Source: a virus. Taken from it: a stretch of 64,000 nt of DNA. The notes under the pieces were generated by a model. It did no database searches. It had not been told where the DNA came from and worked only from the letters and a program-made list of their open reading frames with translations. The DNA lies in IMG/VR virus record IMGVR_UViG_3300045988_116708, positions 1-64,000 of that record; one strand, 5' to 3'. The translations under genes and the position numbers were made by a program. Positions 26,674-34,893 of this stretch are shown here, piece after piece. Position 1 is the stretch's first letter, and every line of letters starts with the position of its first letter.

Positions 26674-27090
26674 ATGAACACATATTACAAATTTGCGCCA
26701 AACGTATTTTTGGCAAAGTGCGAAGAAAAGCACGAAAGAGGTGAGGAAATTCTAGTTACCACTAGGTATGGCAAAGAAAACGAAAGCATAGTTTTCAATC
26801 TAATTTTTGAGAAAGACGGTTTTTACTATTACTCCATCGTCCGTGCTGACGGTTTTAACGTTCAGGAATGGGCGAAGCAAAAGGCAGAACGCAGACGTGA
26901 ATGGGCTGTATCCGCAGAACGCAAGAGTACTGAATTTTATAACAAGTCGAATAAGGATGCTGATTTCCTTTCACTTGGAGAACCTATCAAGGTCGGACAT
27001 CATAGTGAAAGAAGACATAGAAAAGCAATAGATGATGCCTGGAACAATATGGGTAATTCAGTGACAAGGCTAATGAACATGAAAGAATAG
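26674..27090 (+). CDS. DUF3560-like protein
   Basis: GEPIKVGHHSERRHRKAID matches the DUF3560 signature as I recall it. Confidence 0.6.
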   Translation: MNTYYKFAPNVFLAKCEEKHERGEEILVTTRYGKENESIVFNLIFEKDGFYYYSIVRADGFNVQEWAKQKAERRREWAVSAERKSTEFYNKSNKDADFLSLGEPIKVGHHSERRHRKAIDDAWNNMGNSVTRLMNMKE

Positions 27091-27209
27091 ATAACTCGAT
27101 AATTCGTAACCTATTACTACAATAAATAGGTAATCACCATTCATTACCAATCACTTATACTTTTTTAGTAACATCAGTGGACAAATATAAAATAATAAAT
27201 TAAAATTAT

Positions 27210-27240
27210 TAACTTTGCATTACATGTCAAGTGGCATGTA
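27210..27240 (+). promoter_or_regulatory. Promoter (-7 box TAACTTTG) and leader hairpin upstream of the terminase genes
   Basis: Box at 27210-27217. Hairpin TACATG-tcaagtgg-CATGTA at 27221-27240. Confidence 0.5.
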
Positions 27241-27259
27241 GCTAATCGGACGAAAAGAC

Positions 27260-27826
27260 ATGAGGTTATCAATAAAACAGGAAAATTTTTGTAATTACTA
27301 CATTGAATGTGGGAACGCATCCGAATCTTATCGTCGTGCGTATTCTTGTAAGAATATGAAAGACAACACTGTTAATCGGAAAGCGATTGAACTGTTAAAT
27401 AACGGCATGATTACGGCAAGGGTCAAAGAATTGCAATTAGAACAAAAGGAGAAGTCAGATATAACTAAAGAGCGTATCTTACAGGAATTATCCGGTATTG
27501 CATTTTCTACCATCGCCGATATGCATAATACTTGGATTGAACGTAAGGAATTTGACCGGCTTTCTAAGAAAGAAAAATCATCAATAAAAAGTATTTCTAC
27601 AAAAGTGCTTAAAAAGAATATCGGCACAAGAGATGAGCCGGAAATAGTGGATGTTGAGTATGTGAAGATAGAGTTGTACGATAAAATAAAAGCTATTGAG
27701 CGTATCTGCAAGATGCTTGGTTTTGATTCACCAACAGAAGTGAATATCAACAAGGACAGTGAGGATATGTCCCGTGAAGATATGTTGGATGAATTAGAAC
27801 GTCTGGAAAAATTGCGTGAGGAATAA
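27260..27826 (+). CDS. terS: Terminase small subunit (Terminase_2 family)
   Basis: LSIKQENFCNYYIECGNASESYRRAY... is the typical N-terminal motif. The gene precedes TerL. Confidence 0.8.
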   Translation: MRLSIKQENFCNYYIECGNASESYRRAYSCKNMKDNTVNRKAIELLNNGMITARVKELQLEQKEKSDITKERILQELSGIAFSTIADMHNTWIERKEFDRLSKKEKSSIKSISTKVLKKNIGTRDEPEIVDVEYVKIELYDKIKAIERICKMLGFDSPTEVNINKDSEDMSREDMLDELERLEKLREE

Positions 27827-29292
27827 TGAGATTAACTGATGCACAGGTAAAAAGAAAGCTTGAGTTGGAGCGTCTGCTATTGAAAATGGATGCTCCCAAT
27901 ATGTTTTATAAATTTATTCCGTATATCAATGCGTCATATACCAGTATGTGGTTCCACAAGGTTATTGCTGATCATTGCCAAATGCTTTTTGATGGTAAAA
28001 TCAAGAATTTAATGGTATTCATGCCGCCACAAAATGGGAAATCTGAAATTGTATCTCGTAATTTCCCAGCGTTTGCTTTAGGCTGTAATCCTGATCTTAA
28101 AATTGTCGGTACATCGTATAGTGCTAATCTTGCAGAACAATTCTCGCGTTCTATTCAGCGTATTATAGATAGCAAGGAGTATCAAGCTATATTCCCCAAT
28201 ACTTATCTTAATGGAAGTAATGTCAGGACGTGTGTAAAAGGTTATTTGCGCAATGTGGATATATTTGAGACGGTGGGGCATAAAGGTTTTTATAAGGCGG
28301 TTGGTGTCGGTGGTTCTTTGACGGGAACGCCAGTGGATATAGCCATTATTGATGACCCGGTAAAGGATGCAATGGAAGCCTATTCTGTTACTTACAGAGA
28401 GCGCGTGTGGGATTGGTATACTTCAGTGTTGCTTACACGTCTTCATAATGAAAGCAAACAGCTTTTTATTATGACGAGATGGCATGACGATGACCTTGCC
28501 GGACGCATATTGAAGAAGGAACCTGACAAATGGACTGTATTGTCTGTTCCTGCTATACGCGAGACACTTGAGGATGGGAATGATTTTGACCCTCGCAAGG
28601 TAGGCGAGGCATTGTGGCCGCAACGTCATTCTTTGGAAAGGCTTCTTGACGCACAAAAACGTTCGCCAAGATTCTTTTCTGCGTTATACCAGCAGCATCC
28701 CACCGTTGAAGGAGGTAATATTATCAAGGAAGCGTGGTTTGGTCATATTTCTGCTTTTGACTTTAAGAAAAAGCTTAAATATGAGCCTATAATCTTTTTT
28801 GTCGATACGGCTTATACGGAAAAAACGAGCAACGATCCGACTGGCATACTCGGTTCCTGCATGATTGGTAATGATATATATATTGTGTGTGGAAAGAAGG
28901 TGAATATGAAGTTCCCTGAATTGTGCCGTTTTCTTCCTTCCTATGTACGTGACAATGGATATGGAAGTGATAGTACGGTAAGGATTGAACCGAAAGCAAA
29001 TGGTCTTTCCGTAATAGACCAATTACGCGAAACAACCAACCTGAGTGTTGTTGCCACTTCTTCACCAAAAGACAGCAAAGAAACAAGGTTAAACGCTGCC
29101 TCTCCTTTTGTTGAGAGTGGACGTGTGTATCTTGTGGATGGAGATTGGAATGAAATGTTTATTGATGAGGTGTGCGGTTTTCCTGCAAAACCTCATGATG
29201 AGTTTGTGGATTTGCTTTGCTACTCGATAGATTATCATCACAGAAGCTTTAATGAATTGAGTGACGAGGAGATTCTAAGGGATTTTCTTTGA
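27826..29292 (+). CDS. terL: Terminase large subunit
   Basis: 488 aa with a Walker A-like PPQNGKS, a Walker B-like IAIIDDP and a C-terminal nuclease region. Confidence 0.85.
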   Translation: MRLTDAQVKRKLELERLLLKMDAPNMFYKFIPYINASYTSMWFHKVIADHCQMLFDGKIKNLMVFMPPQNGKSEIVSRNFPAFALGCNPDLKIVGTSYSANLAEQFSRSIQRIIDSKEYQAIFPNTYLNGSNVRTCVKGYLRNVDIFETVGHKGFYKAVGVGGSLTGTPVDIAIIDDPVKDAMEAYSVTYRERVWDWYTSVLLTRLHNESKQLFIMTRWHDDDLAGRILKKEPDKWTVLSVPAIRETLEDGNDFDPRKVGEALWPQRHSLERLLDAQKRSPRFFSALYQQHPTVEGGNIIKEAWFGHISAFDFKKKLKYEPIIFFVDTAYTEKTSNDPTGILGSCMIGNDIYIVCGKKVNMKFPELCRFLPSYVRDNGYGSDSTVRIEPKANGLSVIDQLRETTNLSVVATSSPKDSKETRLNAASPFVESGRVYLVDGDWNEMFIDEVCGFPAKPHDEFVDLLCYSIDYHHRSFNELSDEEILRDFL

Positions 29293-29302
29293 TTATATGA
29301 AA

Positions 29303-29350
29303 GAAGTGACTCTAAATACGTCACTTCTTTAAATTAAATTCCTATATTTG
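29303..29350 (+). promoter_or_regulatory. Promoter with AAGTG-N13-CACTT operator (site b)
   Basis: GAAGTGAC-N9-GTCACTTC at 29303-29327; box TATATTTG at 29343-29350. Confidence 0.55.
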
Positions 29351-29761
29351 CATCGTGAAAACAATAAGACTGGTCGAGTGAAGCCCTCCGGAAACAAGAT
29401 ATTAATGTAAAGTGTCTATTTAATGCTACGGGGCTTCACAATATGCGTGGCAAAGGATAGGCACTTTATTTTTTATCTGCGTGAAGAGGCGCAGTACATT
29501 ATGAAAAATAATCATTCATATGCGAGTATTCGCAATTTACTGCCGAAAACATTTGCTGTTGTGAAAAGTATTAGTACCTTTGCGGTGCGACAACTTTATT
29601 TACATAACAGCTATGTGGATTTTTTATATCCATACGGCATACTTTTTAATAATATATTGGAGAAGTTACACTCGTGTCTTTATTCGCCGCATAGCAGTAA
29701 AGAGGTTGTCGCAGACTTAGGGTGTACTTCTCCTTTTTTTGTAAACAAATAATTTCATTTC

Positions 29762-30700
29762 ATGCGACAACCAAATGAAATCTATTTGAACGGGAATAAT
29801 AGTACCGTACAAATTGCGTCAGCTCACGAGACGAGCAAGACTTTCTCCTATAATGGGAACGATGTCCTTTTTGACATCAAAGATGATGTTATGGTTAACG
29901 CCACACAGCTTGCTAAAATCTATGGAAAGCGCCCTGCTGAATATTTGAGATTGCCAGATACGGTAAAATTGATTAATGCAATTACAAGAAAATATGGTAT
30001 TTCTGAAAATCAATTAGTTGTAACATCAAAAGGTGGGAATATTAGCGATATGGGAAAATCCCACATCGTTGATAATCAACAAGGTACTTGGATGCACAGA
30101 TTAATAGTAGTTGATTTCTGTCAATGGTTAGACATTGATTTGAAACTATGGTGTACCGAGAAGCTTGACGAGTTAATGAGATACGGTATGACCGCCACGC
30201 AGCCAACGCTTGAGCAGATGATTAACAACCCTGACCTTGTTATAAGTCTTGCCACACAACTAAAGAGCGAACGTGAGGAGAAGCAACGATTGGCATTGGA
30301 AGTGCAGAAAAAGGAACAGGAGAAGCTGTCTATCATAGAGGGAACAAAGCCAGCCGTAGTATTCACGGAATGTGTAACAAGCTCGTCTACCAATATTCTC
30401 ATAGGAGATCTTGCGAAACTTATCACTCAAAACGGATATAAGATTGGAGAAATAAGGCTTTATGAATGGATGGTAGAGAACAAGTACCTTATCAGAAAGC
30501 AGCGATACAGCAAGTCGAAGAATAAATACGTAAATGACTATATGCCCACACAGAGGACGTCAGAAATGGGATTGTTCTTTGTGAAAGAAAGACCGATAGT
30601 GTCGGGTGGAAGTCCCATTTTTATAAAACATACCTGTTACGTTACAGGTAAAGGCCAGGTGTATTTTCTGAATAAGTTTAAATCTTTAATGGCTGCATGA
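29762..30700 (+). CDS. KilA-N / KilAC (ANT) antirepressor
   Basis: N-terminal VNATQLAKIYGKRPAEYLRLPDT...GTWMHRLIVVDFCQWL is a KilA-N pattern. C-terminal ILIGDLAKLITQNGYKIGEIRLYEWM is a KilAC pattern. Confidence 0.75.
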   Translation: MRQPNEIYLNGNNSTVQIASAHETSKTFSYNGNDVLFDIKDDVMVNATQLAKIYGKRPAEYLRLPDTVKLINAITRKYGISENQLVVTSKGGNISDMGKSHIVDNQQGTWMHRLIVVDFCQWLDIDLKLWCTEKLDELMRYGMTATQPTLEQMINNPDLVISLATQLKSEREEKQRLALEVQKKEQEKLSIIEGTKPAVVFTECVTSSSTNILIGDLAKLITQNGYKIGEIRLYEWMVENKYLIRKQRYSKSKNKYVNDYMPTQRTSEMGLFFVKERPIVSGGSPIFIKHTCYVTGKGQVYFLNKFKSLMAA

Positions 30701-30950
30701 TCATGGAAATAAAAATGAATAATAGCTTAACATTTGATGAAGTAGCAGATAAGTTGGGATGTTCAGTGGAGGAACTTTAAAAATTGGCTTTAGAAAATGG
30801 CTTGATTGACGAGAATGGAAATCCTACCGAAATGGCCAATAAGAGAGGGACTTCTTCTGATGGAAGTTGGCGAAAATACAGTGAGTTGACATATAAATGC
30901 GTAAGACGCTGTGATAAACTAGCACAGCGTCTTTTGTATGTCACATTAAT

Positions 30951-31913
30951 TTATAATTGCTTATTTATCAATTGTTCGACTTTCTTAAGCCTCTCGGCGT
31001 ATTTTTTCTCTTTCGGGAATGTAGATATGGCTTTTTTAATAATACGCAGTTCGTTCACGTAATCCTTTTGTTTTCTATATAATATCATAAGTCTGTCATA
31101 AGAATGTGTTGCGTCACAATCTTCGTAAGAAATGTTTTGCTCATATGTTTTGATAGCCTCTTGAATTTCTCCACGTTTTTCAAGTTCAATGCCCTTGTTG
31201 TTTAGCATCGCTATACGATGTATGGAACGTTCTTGTTTCATGTATGCAGAACGTCTTTCTTCCATGGCATCCAACTTGGATTTCTTTATGTCTATATATT
31301 CGTCTATACCATTATACTCCCCAAATAAATCACCCATAACAGCCCCTTTGAAATATCGTTTATGTAGGTAGCTCCATTTCACACGTACATATCCATCCCC
31401 CAAGTCTATAATAGAGCCTTTCCCGTATTTGGATATAGTTTCCTCTTCTAACTCCTTAGCTTTTCGCTCCTTGTCTTTTATCTGTTGTATTGATGTATTT
31501 ATGGGTATGTTGAAATCGTACCCATTTACTGTTGATTTATATTCTCCTACAATATCTCCGTTATCATAAACATCTACGTCTATTCCTTTAACTGATACAT
31601 GCTGTGGTTCCAGTTTATTTGTACGCTTCATGGCTTCTTCATACTCATTACGAATGACAGAACGTGCTTGCTTAAGCGTCATATTATTCAGTATTATTGT
31701 ATCGGGAAGCTGATTTATGTAGCTTATTATTGCATTATAACTTTTAATGACATCATTTTTGTTTGATGCGTTATCCATGTCACGCAGGCATTGATTGATT
31801 AATCGAACTTTATATTCGTAAAGATCGGATTTTGTATTGCTGTCTTTGCTGCTAATTCGGCATAAGGCTATTATCAATACTATCGTGGAAGCAATGATGA
31901 TTATTATTGCCAT
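30951..31913 (-). CDS. Membrane-anchored protein with a C-terminal TPR-like repeat
   Basis: The N-terminal TM segment is MAIIIIIASTIVLIIALC. The C-terminal GEIQEAIKTYEQNI...YDRLMILYRKQKDYVNELRIIKKAI is TPR-like. Confidence 0.6.
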   Translation of the reverse strand: MAIIIIIASTIVLIIALCRISSKDSNTKSDLYEYKVRLINQCLRDMDNASNKNDVIKSYNAIISYINQLPDTIILNNMTLKQARSVIRNEYEEAMKRTNKLEPQHVSVKGIDVDVYDNGDIVGEYKSTVNGYDFNIPINTSIQQIKDKERKAKELEEETISKYGKGSIIDLGDGYVRVKWSYLHKRYFKGAVMGDLFGEYNGIDEYIDIKKSKLDAMEERRSAYMKQERSIHRIAMLNNKGIELEKRGEIQEAIKTYEQNISYEDCDATHSYDRLMILYRKQKDYVNELRIIKKAISTFPKEKKYAERLKKVEQLINKQL

Positions 31914-31920
31914 ATTAGGT

Positions 31921-32214
31921 TCACAATTTATCAGCTAACTTTTTAATATCTTCCTTACTCGTAACCTTGTGGATGGTTCCGTCTAATTCGATGTAGCCGT
32001 TTATACTGGTCGGTTCCTCGAATAACTCGGTTATTCTCACATTTAAGGCACTGGCGATTTTTTCCAATGTCTCAAGTGATGGATTTACCTTTCCATTAAT
32101 TATATTACTCGTGTTTGTCTGTGAAATACCTATCATTGTGGATAAATCCATAACTTTAACACCTTTCTCTTTACACACTTCTTTTATTCTCAATTCTGCC
32201 ATAATGTAGTGCAT
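31921..32214 (-). CDS. XRE-family HTH regulator
   Basis: VMDLSTMIGISQTNTSNIINGKVNPSLETLEKIASAL is an HTH_3 motif. The likely true start is the MAELRIK Met at 32202. Confidence 0.75.
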   Translation of the reverse strand: MHYIMAELRIKEVCKEKGVKVMDLSTMIGISQTNTSNIINGKVNPSLETLEKIASALNVRITELFEEPTSINGYIELDGTIHKVTSKEDIKKLADKL

Positions 32215-32342
32215 TAATTAGTTATGATGCAAAAGTACAATACTTATCCTTATATTTAATGTATTACATGATTAATTAATGTTAATATGATGTAGTATAT
32301 TATTGTTTTGTTTTGATATATTAATCTACTACATTATATTTG
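32204..32342. promoter_or_regulatory. Divergent promoter region with ATGTAGT operators
   Basis: Inverted repeat ATGTAGTATATTA (32290-32302) / TAATCTACTACAT (32322-32334) abuts the + box TATATTTG (32335-32342). There is an extra ATGTAGT at 32204-32210. The minus-strand box is at 32230-32237. Confidence 0.55.
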
Positions 32343-32381
32343 CATTGTGAAATTGATGTATCACGTTAAAATGTATAACAT

Positions 32382-32774
32382 ATGAAACGTTACGATTTAA
32401 GCAAGATAATGAGAAGAGCACACCAGTTATTCATTAACGCTCGTGCAAAGTACCCGACATTTTCTGATGCACTCCGTAAATCTTGGAACATGGTAAAGTT
32501 TGAGGTTAAGGTAGCTGAAACACGCCAAGCAATCGAAGCGGAAGAAAAAGCTCGTGAAGCGAAGGAATGCGAAGAAAGGGAACAGGCTGCTGTTAATTCA
32601 GTTCTTCTTCATGCACAACTGGAAGCCGACCGGATCAGACGTGAAGCGGAAGCCAAAGCACAACGTATGAGAGAAGAAATGGCAGCACGTAAAGAAGGTA
32701 TAGCTTATAACGAATATCAAGAATGTATCAGCCGTGCTATGGGTTACGGAATTGGTGCTTATTGTGGAGATTAA
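32382..32774 (+). CDS. Hypothetical protein (MKRYxLSxIM family, paralogue of 14327..14638)
   Basis: Shares its N- and C-termini with 14327..14638 and has a central charged coiled coil. Confidence 0.6.
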   Translation: MKRYDLSKIMRRAHQLFINARAKYPTFSDALRKSWNMVKFEVKVAETRQAIEAEEKAREAKECEEREQAAVNSVLLHAQLEADRIRREAEAKAQRMREEMAARKEGIAYNEYQECISRAMGYGIGAYCGD

Positions 32775-32930
32775 AATTATGATAGAAATAATAATCATAT
32801 TCGTTTGTCTCTTTTTAGGGTATTTTCTTTTTAAGAGAAAGGGAGACTCTCTTTTTTACAAAGACTAACTTAGGAGGATTATTAATCCGATGGATATAGA
32901 TAATTTGTCCATCATAAAAGATATTACATT

Positions 32931-33191
32931 ATGAAACAGTTTCAGTTAACTATTAATGAAGAACTTGCAGGCTTATTACGGTCTGCTACAGAGTTGAATA
33001 GCCTGCTTAACAGCTATGTACAAGAGCATTTCAAAGGCTTGGATTATCAGGACTGGCAAGAATATCCAGCAAAGCAGTTTGCAGAAATGCAGAATAGTAC
33101 TTTAGACATGATGTCGGACTTATCCGATATTATCGGCTACGATATTGCGCAACAGGTAAACGCAGAAGTTAAGAAGGAGGCGAAAGTATGA
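32931..33191 (+). CDS. Hypothetical protein
   Basis: 86-aa ORF. Confidence 0.5.
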   Translation: MKQFQLTINEELAGLLRSATELNSLLNSYVQEHFKGLDYQDWQEYPAKQFAEMQNSTLDMMSDLSDIIGYDIAQQVNAEVKKEAKV

Positions 33192-33421
33192 AGACAATCA
33201 GAGTAACAGACGCCGCCGCTCAGTTTATCAAACAGTTACGGGAAGAAGGAATAGAGGAAAGGAAAGTTTTCCTTTGTGATGCTTATTCAAAAGCAGTGGA
33301 ACATGCGTTGGCCAATGCTGAATACAGTGAAGCGGATTTTTACCCGTTGACGGTGATACATGATTATCATAAACTGATTGAAGAACTTGCAGATAACGAC
33401 GATACTAAAGGTAATGACTGA
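33188..33421 (+). CDS. Hypothetical protein
   Basis: 77-aa ORF with a coupled start. Confidence 0.5.
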   Translation: MKTIRVTDAAAQFIKQLREEGIEERKVFLCDAYSKAVEHALANAEYSEADFYPLTVIHDYHKLIEELADNDDTKGND

Positions 33422-33455
33422 AAGCGCACATAAGAGCAATGAAAATACATAGGTA

Positions 33456-33538
33456 GTGTTAGGGGCTACGGTCCGACACATTTAAAGTTGACGCCAATCA
33501 GCAAAGCCACCCCGGCAGCAATACGGTTGCCGGGTTTT
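33456..33538 (+). ncRNA. Conserved structured element plus intrinsic terminator (copy B)
   Basis: Homologous to 15473-15551. It has a C(UACG)G tetraloop hairpin, then stem CCGGCA/TGCCGG followed by TTTT. Confidence 0.45.
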
Positions 33539-33539
33539 G

Positions 33540-33630
33540 TGTATGCAATAACCTCAGTTTCTTCGGAAATAATACGGTATTATTCCGTGATTAATCACTG
33601 ATTATTCACTGATTGATCACTAAACGATAC
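33540..33630 (+). repeat. Repeat R1: 13-bp and 52-bp blocks identical to 47307-47393, then TCACTGATT iterons
   Basis: TGTATGCAATAAC and CAGTTTCTTCGGAAATAATACGGTATTATTCCGTGATTAATCACTGATTATT are both exact copies of the 47.3-kb locus. Confidence 0.75.
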
Positions 33631-33695
33631 GATAAGTACTCTGTGAATATTCTCAATTTATGCAGAAAAGAATATGTGGTGATTTGGAAGTTTGC

Positions 33696-33703
33696 TACCT
33701 TTG
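33696..33703 (+). promoter_or_regulatory. -7 promoter box TACCTTTG inside the IR-flanked segment
   Basis: Matches the TAnnTTTG consensus and faces the right IR and gene 33919. Confidence 0.45.
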
Positions 33704-33918
33704 TAACCGAAAACACTTCTTTTGTGTTTTCATTGCTCTTATGTGCACTGGCTTGTGAAAGTCGGTGCCATTTTTGTTCTATGTCAAAAGTTAAATCTTT
33801 GATTTAGAGAGGTTTGTTGTAAAAATAAAAGTGTAAATCTTTGGATAACTCGTTGATAATTATTATCTTTACAATACAAAAAGAAACCAATAATACTAAC
33901 AATTAAAAGACAAGAGCA

Positions 33919-34101
33919 ATGAAATCAACAACAATCCAACAGAGAATAATAGAAAAGTTCATCATGTCAGAGTTTGTACAAGGTAACTTAGATACAAAAG
34001 AACAAGTAAGCTGTATGCTTATCCTGATTCAAAAGAAGCTGAATATGTCAGTAGAGCAAGCAAGTGACTTTATGAGAAAATCAATTGGTATTAACGCTTA
34101 A
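33919..34101 (+). CDS. Hypothetical protein
   Basis: 60-aa ORF. Confidence 0.45.
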   Translation: MKSTTIQQRIIEKFIMSEFVQGNLDTKEQVSCMLILIQKKLNMSVEQASDFMRKSIGINA

Positions 34102-34112
34102 TACACACGATT

Positions 34113-34430
34113 ATGAAAGTATATGATATAAATGGCAATGTAGTAGCAGAAGGCTATTTAGTTCCCAATCCCAATTTCATTCCTAAAGGTGAATACAAAG
34201 AAACTGAACTGGATTATCAAAAGAAGCAAGCTGATATGTTGATAACTTCAATTGATGGCAGTTTCTATGAAATCAGTTTGCCTAAAAATGCTACACTTCG
34301 CCAGAAGATAAGCAAAGATATAAAAGGATATGGCAGAAACGTAAGAAGGTATAATGAAGATATAATTCATGTAACAGAAAAAGTCCTAAAGATTTTGCAA
34401 ACTAAATATACTATAATGTGTGACTTTTAA
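34113..34430 (+). CDS. Hypothetical protein
   Basis: 105-aa ORF. Confidence 0.5.
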   Translation: MKVYDINGNVVAEGYLVPNPNFIPKGEYKETELDYQKKQADMLITSIDGSFYEISLPKNATLRQKISKDIKGYGRNVRRYNEDIIHVTEKVLKILQTKYTIMCDF

Positions 34431-34438
34431 AAATAGAT

Positions 34439-34708
34439 ATGACACAAGATCGACTTGATATATTTGAAAAAGTACTCCTTCTTTATGGAGAATACGTCTT
34501 ACTCAATCTTTATTCTTCTGCTAAAGTTATGGAAAGGTACGAAGATTGTGCCATTATGCGAGATTTGATGAAAAGGCACAATATTGATGAACGTAATGAA
34601 ATCCAGGATTGGCAAGCTGAATTATGGCGTTGTGGATATTCTGGTGAAATTGCTGGCATTAACTTTCCATATTATATGCATGAAGCTGTAAAAATGGTAG
34701 GTTATTAG
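34439..34708 (+). CDS. Hypothetical protein
   Basis: 89-aa ORF. Confidence 0.5.
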   Translation: MTQDRLDIFEKVLLLYGEYVLLNLYSSAKVMERYEDCAIMRDLMKRHNIDERNEIQDWQAELWRCGYSGEIAGINFPYYMHEAVKMVGY

Positions 34709-34733
34709 ATAAATATTATTATTTTTTTTGTTT

Positions 34734-34770
34734 AAAAGTGGCATAGTGAATGTCACTTTTGTTATATTTG
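34734..34770 (+). promoter_or_regulatory. Promoter with AAGTG-N13-CACTT operator (site c, portal operon)
   Basis: AAAAGTG-N13-CACTTTT at 34734-34760; box TATATTTG at 34763-34770. Confidence 0.6.
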
Positions 34771-34893
34771 CACCATAGCATCTGATGCTAACGTATCCTT
34801 TCACGTTCTCGGGTATACGTATTGTTTTATCCGGTCCCTTTTGGAAGGTATTTATTGTTGTTCAACTAATTACCGTATGAAGATGTACGGAAC

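Larger units (their letters stand above)
33424..33748. repeat. 25-bp inverted repeats (20-bp perfect core) flanking a 275-bp non-coding segment
   Basis: GCGCACATAAGAGCAATGAAAATAC (33424-33448) versus the reverse complement of 33724-33748, GTGCACATAAGAGCAATGAAAACAC. Confidence 0.7.

Noticed and set aside
29423-29752. 109-aa ORF in the leader of the KilA-N antirepressor
   Set aside because: It is not rejected outright but is left unannotated. The sequence has aromatic-rich, odd composition and overlaps several predicted stems, including GTTGTCGCA (29705-29713) pairing with TGCGACAAC across the 29762 start codon. I cannot tell coding sequence from structured leader without homologues.
33613-33807. 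64-aa ORF in the 500-bp intergenic region
   Set aside because: It spans repeat R1, the -7 box and the right inverted repeat. The region is better explained as regulatory or repeat DNA.
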